NCBI GenBank assembly: GCA_039915165.1
Contig: JBDSNU010000018.1
Span: forward strand, 2,064-66,063
Source of the DNA: Minisyncoccota bacterium
GTDB taxonomy: Bacteria; Patescibacteriota; Minisyncoccia; Phycocordibacterales; UBA9973
DNA: 64,000 bases
Direction: 5' to 3'
Below the pieces are notes generated by a model. The model saw only the letters and a list, made by a program, of their open reading frames with translations, was not told the DNA's origin and searched no databases. Both the position numbers and the translations under genes were made by a program. This document shows, in pieces, positions 9,357 through 18,984 of this stretch; the first letter of the stretch is position 1; every line of letters starts with the position of its first letter.

Positions 9357-10328
9357 ATGTCAAGTACCCCCCCTGAAGAACAATTTAGCGACTCCCTGCT
9401 CCGCCCAATAACCTTCGTTGACTATGTCGGACAAGAACAGATCAAAAAATCTCTCTCCATACTTATTGGTGCTGCTAAAACACGCGGGCAAGCACCTGAA
9501 CATATTCTTTTTTATGGCCCTCCGGGATTAGGGAAAACAACGTTGGCTCATGTCATTGCAAAAGAAATGAATGCCCAGGTGAAACTTACTTCAGGACCAG
9601 CGATCGAACGTGTTGGCGATCTTGCTGCCATACTTACTAACCTGCAACCAGGCGATATGTTATTTATCGATGAAATTCACCGTCTCAATAAAACAATTGA
9701 GGAGGTACTCTACCCTGTTATGGAAACTGGCAAGATGGATATTATGATTGGCAAAGGTCCTTCAGCGCGTACCGTGCAACTTGATCTTCCTCCGTTTACA
9801 TTAGTTGGGGCAACAACACGCTTCGGTATGCTTTCTGCTCCATTGCGTTCTCGTTTTTCTGGCGGTACTTATCGTTTGGAATTTTATACTGATGAAGAAA
9901 TTGCGCGTATCCTCGGACGATCAGCACAACTACTTGATATTGATCTGCCTGATATTGCCCACCATGCTATTGCGGCACGTAGTCGCAAGACACCTCGTAT
10001 TGCCAACTACCTACTTCGTCGCGTTCGTGATTATGCACAAATGAATAATCAGACTATTGATGAAAAGAATGTGTCTGAAGCATTTAGCCTTCTTGGTCTT
10101 GATGAAAATGGACTTAGTTCTCATGATATCAATTTACTAAAAACTATCCGTGATAAATTTAGCGGCGGACCTGTTGGTGTGAAAAACCTTGCTGCTGCTA
10201 CCGGTGAAGATGACGGCACGATTGAAGACGTAACTGAACCATACCTCATCCAACTTGGACTTCTGGAGCGTACCCCTCGAGGCCGCCAACTAACAGAGAA
10301 AGGTAAAGATTATATTCGTGAAAAGTAA
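9357..10328 (+). CDS. ruvB: Holliday junction branch migration helicase RuvB
   Basis: LRP..YVGQ, GPPGLGKTTLA, TSGP, FIDEIHRL, GATTR, RTPRGR. Confidence 0.97.
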   Translation: MSSTPPEEQFSDSLLRPITFVDYVGQEQIKKSLSILIGAAKTRGQAPEHILFYGPPGLGKTTLAHVIAKEMNAQVKLTSGPAIERVGDLAAILTNLQPGDMLFIDEIHRLNKTIEEVLYPVMETGKMDIMIGKGPSARTVQLDLPPFTLVGATTRFGMLSAPLRSRFSGGTYRLEFYTDEEIARILGRSAQLLDIDLPDIAHHAIAARSRKTPRIANYLLRRVRDYAQMNNQTIDEKNVSEAFSLLGLDENGLSSHDINLLKTIRDKFSGGPVGVKNLAAATGEDDGTIEDVTEPYLIQLGLLERTPRGRQLTEKGKDYIREK

Positions 10329-10818
10329 TATCGAACAAACTATCCTTGCTATCGACCCAGGGTACGATCGTTGCGGTGCCGCCATTATTAAAACCGGCAT
10401 TACTTCTACTGTTGAACACTCCTGGTGCATCACTACCAATAAAAAAGAGTCGAATGCCCAGCGCTTGGCTGTTATCTTTAAAAATGTTGAAGAAGCTATT
10501 ACTTTGTATAATCCTGATGCAATAGCCCTGGAAACATTATTCTTTTCAGTAAATAAAAAAACTGTTATGGCTGTTGCTGAATCTCGAGGTGTCATCGTTG
10601 TTCTTGCCGGACTCCATGGTATTCCTTTGATAGAACTATCCCCTCAAGCAGTGAAACTTGGTATGACTGGCAGTGGAAATGCTGACAAAACCTCAGTACA
10701 AAAGATGGTTACGATGACATTGAAGATTGATATATCAAAGAAATTGGACGATGAAGTTGATGCAATTGCTCTTGGTATCGCTGCAGCGGGTACATTACGT
10801 CTGCAAAATTATATATAG
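10318..10818 (+). CDS. ruvC: Crossover junction endodeoxyribonuclease RuvC
   Basis: ILAIDPG, ALETLFF, AESRGV, GSGNADK, DDEVDAIA. Confidence 0.95.
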   Translation: MKSNIEQTILAIDPGYDRCGAAIIKTGITSTVEHSWCITTNKKESNAQRLAVIFKNVEEAITLYNPDAIALETLFFSVNKKTVMAVAESRGVIVVLAGLHGIPLIELSPQAVKLGMTGSGNADKTSVQKMVTMTLKIDISKKLDDEVDAIALGIAAAGTLRLQNYI

Positions 10819-10895
10819 TTCATTTTTACTCTTGCAAAGTAAAACAGTATCTGCTACAAATATGCTATAAAAATTAATTTGAATTTAGATAACAC

Positions 10896-11132
10896 ATGAG
10901 TGACTTTGAAGATGCAGCAGGAGAAGCTGGCCTTAACCCTGAAGATACATTAGATATCGCAGAAGTAGTAGAGGACGACGACGTCCTTGCTCCAGAAATT
11001 GATGATGCTCTCCCACTTGCCGATGACGATGGCGCACTAGGCGACACTGACGGTGAAGAAAAAGAAGGCGAAGGAGAGGATGAAGAATTTATGAGCTACA
11101 TGTACGGCGAAGACGTACTTAACGAACGATAA
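10896..11132 (+). CDS. Small, very acidic hypothetical protein
   Basis: 78 aa dominated by D/E; own promoter-like sequence upstream and hairpin downstream (11130-11179). Confidence 0.7.
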   Translation: MSDFEDAAGEAGLNPEDTLDIAEVVEDDDVLAPEIDDALPLADDDGALGDTDGEEKEGEGEDEEFMSYMYGEDVLNER

Positions 11133-11176
11133 TAAAAAAGACCGTCCCGAACATAGTTCAATGACGGTCTTTTTTA

Positions 11177-11620
11177 TTATTGAGTTAGTACTGCTTTTTC
11201 TCTCTTTAGCGTACATTTTACACAACGACAACCTTTTGGTTTGATGTGTGTATTCCAAAAGTCTTTTCCGTAATCATAAAAGAGTTCTTCGCCTTCTTTT
11301 ATAGCGCGCTTGGCGTATATAAATACTCGGGTTTTATGGATTTCTACTTCACAGTTCGGTGTACAGGCATGATTGATATATCGAGCAGTATTTGAACGAG
11401 TAGTACCATCAATAGTTTTCTTTGATGAAACTTCAAACAAATATTGTCCCCCTCTTTCATTTACTTCGTCTTGTGTAGTGAGAATATCGCCAACGTATTC
11501 AATGATACAGTCACCTTTTTTAATCGATACCGTAGTAAATAGTCCGAGACCATTAATTCCTTTTTTAACTTTTAGATCTCCAGGATAAGAGTATTGTATT
11601 TCGGTTTTTTTAGCAGACAT
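11177..11620 (-). CDS. SET-domain protein (putative protein-lysine methyltransferase)
   Basis: GLGLF, IIEYVG, ARYINHACTPNC, ELFYDYG, post-SET CRCVKC. Confidence 0.92.
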   Translation of the reverse strand: MSAKKTEIQYSYPGDLKVKKGINGLGLFTTVSIKKGDCIIEYVGDILTTQDEVNERGGQYLFEVSSKKTIDGTTRSNTARYINHACTPNCEVEIHKTRVFIYAKRAIKEGEELFYDYGKDFWNTHIKPKGCRCVKCTLKREKAVLTQ

Positions 11621-11644
11621 GGTCAAAAGTATATCACAAGAATA

Positions 11645-12505
11645 TTATCTATCTTGCCATTTGGCGTAGATACCTGTTGTAAGTAAGCGGTCAGATGATT
11701 GCTGTTGAATGCCAATCTCCCCGTATGAAATAGTTCCTTTTGGTAATACATCAAAAAGTAACTCTCCGAACGTTCTTGCGCTAAAACCAGATGCGTAGCC
11801 ATTCATAATGACCAGCTTCGCTTCAACAGAAAGTAGTTCAGGAAGTAATGCCATAAGTTCCAAAATTTTTTCTTCGATCTTCCACACTTCCCCTTTTGGC
11901 CCGCGACCAAATGCTGGGGGGTCCATAACAATTACTTCAAATTGTTCGCCGCGCTGTATTAAACGTTTTGCATATTTGAGAGCATCGTCGGTGATCACCC
12001 GTAGCGCATCGCCCTTAAGGCCAGAAGTTTCTGCATTATCTTTCACTGTTTGTATCGTTTGTTTAGATGCATCAACATGAGTTACTTTCATACCCGCTTG
12101 AGCTGCAGCAACACTTGCCGCACCTGTATACCCAAAAAGATTTAACATGCGAAGTCCTGCATGTTTTTTGCCTAATGATTGTAGTTCTGCCCACTGCTCA
12201 GAATGTTCGGGAAACATTCCTACATGTTTAAACCCTTTAAAAGAAAGGTTTATTTTCATATCATACCAGTCGATTTTCCAATCTTCAGCAATACCTTTAT
12301 TGATACTCCATCGGTCTCCTTTATCAGCCCAAATAAATTGTGCATCTGCTTGTAGCCATTTATCGGCAGCAGTTTTTTTCCATAGTGCTTGTGGGTCAGG
12401 ACGGTCAAGAACTACACCTGCAAAGCGTTCCAATTTTCTTCCTTCTCCAGAATCTAACAGTTCATATGAGTCCCATCCAGTTGTTAGTACATCAATTTTT
12501 TTCAT
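11645..12505 (-). CDS. Class I SAM-dependent methyltransferase (RlmI/RlmK-like)
   Basis: YELLDSGEGRKLERF, HVGMFPE, LNLFGYTG, HVDAS, MDPPAFGRG. Confidence 0.85.
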   Translation of the reverse strand: MKKIDVLTTGWDSYELLDSGEGRKLERFAGVVLDRPDPQALWKKTAADKWLQADAQFIWADKGDRWSINKGIAEDWKIDWYDMKINLSFKGFKHVGMFPEHSEQWAELQSLGKKHAGLRMLNLFGYTGAASVAAAQAGMKVTHVDASKQTIQTVKDNAETSGLKGDALRVITDDALKYAKRLIQRGEQFEVIVMDPPAFGRGPKGEVWKIEEKILELMALLPELLSVEAKLVIMNGYASGFSARTFGELLFDVLPKGTISYGEIGIQQQSSDRLLTTGIYAKWQDR

Positions 12506-13391
12506 ATGCAGCGAGCGCTGATTCAATTGTTGGATATACAAAATCAAATCCTTTATCTACTAATCTTTTTGGCACCACGCGACTGTCATTAGTCATTTCA
12601 AAATACCCATCATTAAACATTTTCTTGCCGAGCCATTGTGGAATAGTTATTACCAACCGATGTTTCCATATATTTTTTAATGATTGCAAAAATGTACTAT
12701 ACAGTACTGGTTCTGGTGCTGTAGCATTTACCACTCCTTGTAGAGTGTTTGTTTCAAGTGCAAATAAATATGCATTAACAATATCCATTTCTGAAATCCA
12801 TGAAAACCAGAAGTCTTCTTTTTTCAATCTCGGCAAAAATCCCCATCCTGCAGATTTTTTTATTAAGGACATCAATCCACCATGACCAATAACAGGTGAA
12901 GTTCGGATACATACAACACGGACACCGAACTCTGTTGCCTTACGTGCTTCTGCTTCCCACTCCATAACAACGTCTGCCAAAAATCCAGTGCCATTTGGTG
13001 ATTGTTCATCGTGTATTACCTCACCGGTATTACCATAAAAACCAGAGGCTGAGGCACAGATAAATACCGTTGGTCGACTTTTTGACGCAGCGATAGCTTC
13101 AACAATCGAAGCAGTGCTTTTGATACGACTGTCATGAATAGCTTTCTTATTTTTTTCAGTCCACTTCACACTAATAGGAGCCCCTACTAAATTAATAATA
13201 GCGTCTGTCTGCTCCAAAACATTATACGGTAATGGCTGAGTGGCAACATCTGACTGTATAAAAAAGAGGTTTTGATGAGTGAATGATGGTGGAGTAAGCG
13301 CAATAACCACCACTGTGTGTCCTTGTGCTAATAGTCGTTTTGATACTGTTGTACCAATAAAACCGCTCCCGCCCGTAACTACTATAGTCAT
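12492..13391 (-). CDS. TIGR01777/YfcH-family NAD-dependent epimerase-like protein
   Basis: TGGSGFIG, INLVG, SASGFYG, WE.EA, FSWI, VVNATAP, VVPKRL..GFDF.YP. Confidence 0.9.
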   Translation of the reverse strand: MTIVVTGGSGFIGTTVSKRLLAQGHTVVVIALTPPSFTHQNLFFIQSDVATQPLPYNVLEQTDAIINLVGAPISVKWTEKNKKAIHDSRIKSTASIVEAIAASKSRPTVFICASASGFYGNTGEVIHDEQSPNGTGFLADVVMEWEAEARKATEFGVRVVCIRTSPVIGHGGLMSLIKKSAGWGFLPRLKKEDFWFSWISEMDIVNAYLFALETNTLQGVVNATAPEPVLYSTFLQSLKNIWKHRLVITIPQWLGKKMFNDGYFEMTNDSRVVPKRLVDKGFDFVYPTIESALAAYEKN

Positions 13392-13486
13392 ATAAGGTTA
13401 ATAGTAGCACGATATTTTCAACATTTCGCTACACACAATGAAAACGTCTACTTTACAATACGCACCCGTAAGGTAGGATAGCCGAT

Positions 13487-13633
13487 ATGGAATACGTCGG
13501 GAAAACACTCATCATGGTAGGCAGAATGCTGCTTTTTTTCCTTTTGACGATTATTTTTGTCCCATCGTTCTTAGTAGTAAATTATCTACAAGAAACCTGG
13601 TCAAAAATGCTTGGTGATTTGTTTAAACTTTAA
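13487..13633 (+). CDS. Small membrane protein (48 aa), below the ORF-track cutoff
   Basis: MEYVGKTLIMVGRMLLFFLLTIIFVPSFLVVNYLQETWSKMLGDLFKL; TAGGAT 7 nt upstream; stop overlaps the tyrS stop. Confidence 0.6.
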   Translation: MEYVGKTLIMVGRMLLFFLLTIIFVPSFLVVNYLQETWSKMLGDLFKL

Positions 13634-14832
13634 ACAATGCGGAGGATGCGACTCTTCCCTACTTTATACACACCGACAACAATTGTTTTCGTCTGTTCAA
13701 TACTAATAATTTCTTTTGTTTCAAAATTAGTTACTGCTTTTGCTTCTATAAGGCGGCGAAGTTCTGTTTTTGATGCAACAATTTTTTCTGTTAGTAACAC
13801 TTCTTCTAGAGTTTGACTATTACCATTAACTTCAGGAATATTTTCAATTACTTCTTTTTTTTGAAAAATTGAAATATATGTTTCTTCAGCTTTTTGCGCA
13901 CTTATGTGGTCAGTACACAATGCAACGATTTCGAATGCGAGTCGCATTTTAATATCACGAGGATTAATACCGGCATCAAGCTCATCTTGAACCGATTGGA
14001 TTTGAGTTGGAGTGTAGTCAGTACAAAGTTCAAAACCAGGAATAATAAGTCCGTCTGTCCAACTCATAATCTTGCCGTACATATCTTCAGGAGTATCAAT
14101 AAGACTAATCATATTACCGGTGGTTTTACCCATCTTTGCGCCGTTGTTATCTTCTAGCAATTTCATGGTAATCACAAATTTCTCTTTATTTTTCAATTGT
14201 TTTAAGAGTGTGCGCCCTGTTAACATATTGAAAAGTTGATCATTGCCTCCAACTTCGCCATCAACATTCATCGCTACACTGTCATACCCCTGCATCAAAG
14301 GATACATAAATTCATGAATATAGATTGGTTTCTCTTCTTCAATACGACGAGCAAACATATCTCGCTTCAACATTTGATCAACTGTCATATTTGATGCGAG
14401 TGATAGAACATCAGCAAATTTCATTTTACCCAACCAGTCATTATTAAATTTAATTACTGCCGCATTTGAACCAGTAAAACGAATAAACTTACTCGCTTGT
14501 TTTTTGTACTGTTTCAAATTAACTTTAATTTCTTTTTCAGTTAATTGTTTACGTGCAGAAGTTTTGTCTGTTGGATCACCGATACGAGCAGTGAAATCAC
14601 CAACTAAGAAAATAATCTTATGGCCAAGATCTTGAAAATGACGAAGTTTGCGCAGACTGATAGTGTGCCCAATGTGTAATGTTGGACCTGTTGGATCAAA
14701 ACCTGCATAAATTGAAAGCGTGCGGCCTGAAGAAAGTTCTTTTGTCAAAAACCCTTTGCTCGGCAAAATGTCTGCCACTCCTTTATGTAGTAAAATATCC
14801 AATAATTCGTCTTTTCCTAGTTTTTTATCCAT
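13630..14832 (-). CDS. tyrS: Tyrosine--tRNA ligase
   Basis: GFDPTGPTLHIGH, YPLMQGYD, GGNDQ, KMGKT; start MDKKLG. Confidence 0.97.
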   Translation of the reverse strand: MDKKLGKDELLDILLHKGVADILPSKGFLTKELSSGRTLSIYAGFDPTGPTLHIGHTISLRKLRHFQDLGHKIIFLVGDFTARIGDPTDKTSARKQLTEKEIKVNLKQYKKQASKFIRFTGSNAAVIKFNNDWLGKMKFADVLSLASNMTVDQMLKRDMFARRIEEEKPIYIHEFMYPLMQGYDSVAMNVDGEVGGNDQLFNMLTGRTLLKQLKNKEKFVITMKLLEDNNGAKMGKTTGNMISLIDTPEDMYGKIMSWTDGLIIPGFELCTDYTPTQIQSVQDELDAGINPRDIKMRLAFEIVALCTDHISAQKAEETYISIFQKKEVIENIPEVNGNSQTLEEVLLTEKIVASKTELRRLIEAKAVTNFETKEIISIEQTKTIVVGVYKVGKSRILRIV

Positions 14833-14880
14833 TCCTGAGATTGTATCATTTTTCTTGATTTTTTTGTTATGATTGATGGT

Positions 14881-17391
14881 ATGAAAGAACATAAACAACA
14901 TAATGGATTTCCTTGGAAAAAGGTTCTATTTGCATTACTTGCACTTGGATTATTAGGGATCGGAGCAGTATTAATTTGGGCTAGTTTTATTAAACTCCCC
15001 GATATCTCCACTTTTGAGGCCAGACAGATTGCCAATTCATCAAAAATCACTGACCGAACTGGGCAAATAGTACTCTATGATGCTCATCAATCAGTAAAAA
15101 GAACGCAAATCCCATTGGCGAGTATGGGTGACCCTATTCAAAAAGCTGTGATCTCTATCGAAGATCAGGACTTCTATCACAATAGTGGTATTCGACCTAC
15201 ATCAATCTTGCGCGCAGTATTTGTAAACATTATCCATGTTGGATATGTACAAGGAGGTTCTACTATCACTCAACAGATTATTAAAAATACACTGCTCAAC
15301 GGTGATAAATCTGTTGCGCGTAAATTGAAAGAATGGGTATTGGCTGTTCGTCTCACTCGCCAATTTAGTAAAGACCAGATTTTGGAAATCTATCTTAATG
15401 ATGCCCCTCTTGGTGGAACAGTATATGGTGTTGAACAAGCATCACAATCATATTTTGGAATTCCTGCTGCTCAACTTGATTTGGCACAAGCTGCTTATAT
15501 TGCTGCTATGCTCCCTGCTCCAACATACTACTCCCCTTTTGGTTCACACAAAAAAGATCTTGATAGTCGAAAAAATCTTGTCCTTTCAAAAATGAAGCAA
15601 TATGGCTATATCACTAGTGATCAAATGGCTGCTGCAAAAACTGAAGTGGTTGCGTTCAACCAAGCAAGCAATACTGGTGTGAAAGCTCCTCACTTTGTTT
15701 TTTATATTCTTGATCAACTTGAACAAAAATATGGTAAAGACGTGTTGGATAATGATGGATATACAATTAAAACTACTCTTGATTATGATCTTCAACAAAA
15801 AGCTGAGCAGATCGTAGCGACTCAAGTAGCCGCAAATGAAAAACAATACAACGCTTCAAACTCTAGTTTAGTTGCTATTGATCCAACTACAGGACAAATC
15901 CTTACCATGGTTGGTTCTCGTAATTATTTCGACAAACAAATTGATGGTGCTTACAATACTGCTACTGCTCAACGTCAACCGGGTTCATCATTTAAACCAT
16001 TCGTCTATGCCACTGCTTTTGCAAAAGGATATACGCCCGAGACAGTAGTGTTTGATGTGCCTACAGAATTCTCTACAAATTGTACGCCTGACCAACAACC
16101 ACTTGCTGGTTTTACCTCGAAAGATTGTTATAACCCTGCTAACTTTGATAATAAATTCAAAGGCCCAATATCTCTTCGCAGTGCTATAGCTGAATCACGA
16201 AACGTGCCTTCAGTGAAACTTCTTTATTTAGTGGGTGTACAAAATGCTGTTGATTTTGCTCATGCATTAGGTATTACTACACTAACTAATCCTGCTGAAA
16301 TTGGTTTATCACTCGTGCTTGGTGGAGGCGAAGTAAAACTACTTGATATGACTAGTGCGTACGGTGTATTTGCAAATAGTGGTGTACGTAATCCAACAAC
16401 AGGTATTCTTGAAGTCGATGATAATAATGGGAATATTCTTGAACAATATCAACCCAATCCAACATCTGTCATGGATAAAAATGTAGCATTAACAATGAAT
16501 AATGTTCTATCTGATGCACAAGCTCGTATTCCTACATTCGGTACAACACTTATCACTATCCCAGGTGTTGCAGTAAAAACTGGTACAACAAACAGTGACC
16601 GTGATGCCTGGACTGTTGGATACACTCCTTCTATCTCAATTGGTGTATGGTCAGGTAACAATGATAATAAACCGATGAAAAGTGGTGGTTCTGCAATCTC
16701 TGGACCAACATGGAAAATGTTCATGCAATATACATTAACTAAATATCCAAATACTGCTTTTGAAGAACCCGTACCTGATCCAGATGCAAATACTTTGAAA
16801 CCGATCTTACGGGGTATCTGGATAGGTAACGAAACAGTTAAAGTTGATAAAGTAACAGGATTACGTGCTACAGATACAACACCTGCTGATGCAACAACTG
16901 AAAAAGTAATAACTGATGTACATGATATCCTTTATTGGGTAAATAAATCTGATCCTCATGGACCAATACCAACCAATCCAAGTAGCGATCCCCAGTTCCA
17001 TCTTTGGGAACCCTCTGTACAAACATGGTGGGCAAACAATGCTGGGAAATATAATAGTGTTAGTAGTGCTGATATTCCTGCATCATATGATACAGCGGGC
17101 ACTGCCGGTACCACCTCACCATTAAGCTTAAGTGGTATTTCAGATACTATGAATCTTAATGACAATGCCGAAATATCTGTAACAACATCTGCACAATACC
17201 CTCTTACTAGTGTTGATGTACTTATCGATAATAGTTACGTTGCTACACTCCCTGCACCATTTCATTTCGTATTTACACCAAGTGATTATAATTTAAAAAT
17301 TGGTCCACATACTATAACGTTCAACGCTACTAATAGTGTGTATGGTAAAAGTACTATCACAAAAAATATAACTTTTGTTCAAGGAACATAA
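14881..17391 (+). CDS. Class A penicillin-binding protein (PBP1A family) with C-terminal Ig-like domain
   Basis: EDQDFY, GGSTITQQ, RKLKE (glycosyltransferase); SSFK, SRN, KTG (transpeptidase). Confidence 0.95.
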   Translation: MKEHKQHNGFPWKKVLFALLALGLLGIGAVLIWASFIKLPDISTFEARQIANSSKITDRTGQIVLYDAHQSVKRTQIPLASMGDPIQKAVISIEDQDFYHNSGIRPTSILRAVFVNIIHVGYVQGGSTITQQIIKNTLLNGDKSVARKLKEWVLAVRLTRQFSKDQILEIYLNDAPLGGTVYGVEQASQSYFGIPAAQLDLAQAAYIAAMLPAPTYYSPFGSHKKDLDSRKNLVLSKMKQYGYITSDQMAAAKTEVVAFNQASNTGVKAPHFVFYILDQLEQKYGKDVLDNDGYTIKTTLDYDLQQKAEQIVATQVAANEKQYNASNSSLVAIDPTTGQILTMVGSRNYFDKQIDGAYNTATAQRQPGSSFKPFVYATAFAKGYTPETVVFDVPTEFSTNCTPDQQPLAGFTSKDCYNPANFDNKFKGPISLRSAIAESRNVPSVKLLYLVGVQNAVDFAHALGITTLTNPAEIGLSLVLGGGEVKLLDMTSAYGVFANSGVRNPTTGILEVDDNNGNILEQYQPNPTSVMDKNVALTMNNVLSDAQARIPTFGTTLITIPGVAVKTGTTNSDRDAWTVGYTPSISIGVWSGNNDNKPMKSGGSAISGPTWKMFMQYTLTKYPNTAFEEPVPDPDANTLKPILRGIWIGNETVKVDKVTGLRATDTTPADATTEKVITDVHDILYWVNKSDPHGPIPTNPSSDPQFHLWEPSVQTWWANNAGKYNSVSSADIPASYDTAGTAGTTSPLSLSGISDTMNLNDNAEISVTTSAQYPLTSVDVLIDNSYVATLPAPFHFVFTPSDYNLKIGPHTITFNATNSVYGKSTITKNITFVQGT

Positions 17392-17439
17392 ATAAAGAAA
17401 AAATAAATGGGGTCTGACCCCATTTATTTTTTCTTTATT
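17391..17439. repeat. Dispersed REP palindrome acting as a bidirectional terminator
   Basis: Perfect 24-bp arms aataaagaaaaaataaatggggtc-t-gaccccatttattttttctttatt between convergent genes. Confidence 0.8.
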
Positions 17440-17686
17440 GCACTTGGTGGATTTTCACTCCTGAGTCTTGGAGAGCTTTCAGTATTTTTGCATTATTAAG
17501 CATTAGTACCATCTTTACTGTTGGAGAAGCTTTGATTCTTAATATTCCTTTTACAATAGTGACCTGGTCTGGTTGGATAGTTGTTTTCACAATATCACTA
17601 ATGATCTTGGCACTATCTTCAGTTACAGCACCATCTTTTGTAATCTTATCTTTTAATTGAGAGAGGATCGATTGAAAAAGATCCAT
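17435..17686 (-). CDS. Hypothetical protein, possibly DciA/DUF721-like
   Basis: 83 aa coupled to dnaN; GILRIKASPTVKMVLML..KILKAL pattern; position typical of dciA. Confidence 0.55.
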   Translation of the reverse strand: MDLFQSILSQLKDKITKDGAVTEDSAKIISDIVKTTIQPDQVTIVKGILRIKASPTVKMVLMLNNAKILKALQDSGVKIHQVQ

Positions 17687-17687
17687 A

Positions 17688-18785
17688 TTAACGGTTGGTC
17701 GGCATTAAGAGATAAAGGAATGAATTATCACTAACACTTCTTACAACAATAGGTTTATTTGGTTGAGTGAAGGAGATTGTTAAACTATCACCTGTAAGTG
17801 CCTGAAATACGTCTAGGAAGTACTTTAGATTGAAATCCACCTCGATAGGTTCACCTTCAATTGCAGCACTGACAGTGGACACTGAGGAACCTACATCACT
17901 ATTCTTTGAACTAAGTGTTATTACTTTTTTATCTTCTGGTATAGCAAATGATACTTGGAAAAATTTATCTGCAAAAATAGTAGAGAGACGAAGAGTATTA
18001 AGAAGTTCTTGTTTTAAAAGCACTACTTTTGTTACTGTTTCTTTGGGGATAATTAATTGATATGGTGGAAAACCGCCATCGATCAAACGTGAAGTTAAAT
18101 ATAGACCATTGGCAAAGAAAGCGATCTGATTACGAGTATACATAATACGGATTGTCTCTGGGGCAACATCAAGCACTCGCAGAATATCAGCAATGTTTTT
18201 AAAAGGGATCAAAATCTTGGCAATCTCAGGAATACCTTTTACAGTGATCTTTTTTTCAGCCAATCTAAATGAGTCAGTAGCAACGAAACAAAGTGTATTT
18301 TCTTCACTATAAATAAATATACTAGCGATTTCTGGTTTAATGTCTGTAATTGCTGCACAAAAGTACACAGAACGAATACCTTCTTGAAGTATCGCAGTCT
18401 TAATCTCAACTTGCTCCCCTTCTACAGCAGGAAGGGTAGGAAAATCATCTGCAGGTAATGACTTGATAACTGTAGTGTGTTGAGGTGTTGAAATAGTGAG
18501 ATTGTCATTATTAAGCGTTAAACGAACTTCACTTGCATCACTAAGGTGATTACAAACACTTGCCAGTACTTCCCCTTTGATGAGTACTGTTCCTTCTTGC
18601 TCTACATTAGCAGGGATTTCTATTTCAATACCTAGTGTGAGATTTGTTGATCGAACTTTTATACTCTTCCCTGAAGCAATTAAAAGAATTGCATGTAGTG
18701 TGGGTAATGTTAATGCTTTCCCTGTCATTCTCTCAGCGAGACTAACGGCGTTTTTCAACTTTTCTGTTGTACAAGTTATATTCAT
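17688..18785 (-). CDS. dnaN: DNA polymerase III beta sliding clamp
   Basis: STNL, DDFPTLP, VATDSFRLA, SRLIDGGFPPY, FNLKYFLD, YLLMP. Confidence 0.96.
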   Translation of the reverse strand: MNITCTTEKLKNAVSLAERMTGKALTLPTLHAILLIASGKSIKVRSTNLTLGIEIEIPANVEQEGTVLIKGEVLASVCNHLSDASEVRLTLNNDNLTISTPQHTTVIKSLPADDFPTLPAVEGEQVEIKTAILQEGIRSVYFCAAITDIKPEIASIFIYSEENTLCFVATDSFRLAEKKITVKGIPEIAKILIPFKNIADILRVLDVAPETIRIMYTRNQIAFFANGLYLTSRLIDGGFPPYQLIIPKETVTKVVLLKQELLNTLRLSTIFADKFFQVSFAIPEDKKVITLSSKNSDVGSSVSTVSAAIEGEPIEVDFNLKYFLDVFQALTGDSLTISFTQPNKPIVVRSVSDNSFLYLLMPTNR

Positions 18786-18984
18786 AATTTTTTATATTTT
18801 TCTTTAAGTTAGTCTATATAGAGTGTGGATTGTGGATAAGTCTCTATTATTCTTTATTTCCAATTGATTTTTAAACTCACTGCTGTGGATTATGTTTACC
18901 GAAAATACAGAGTTTTTATATTTTAGTAAATTGGAAAAAGTTATCATTGAGTTATTCATAGTTTTATCCGAATGTTTTCCCCAA
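18786..18984. other. Probable oriC (dnaA-dnaN intergenic region)
   Basis: Perfect DnaA box TGTGGATAA at 18831-18839, overlapping TGTGGATTG 18824-18832, TGTGGATTA 18884-18892, TTATTCATA 18952-18960; AT-rich tract next to the dnaN start. Confidence 0.75.
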
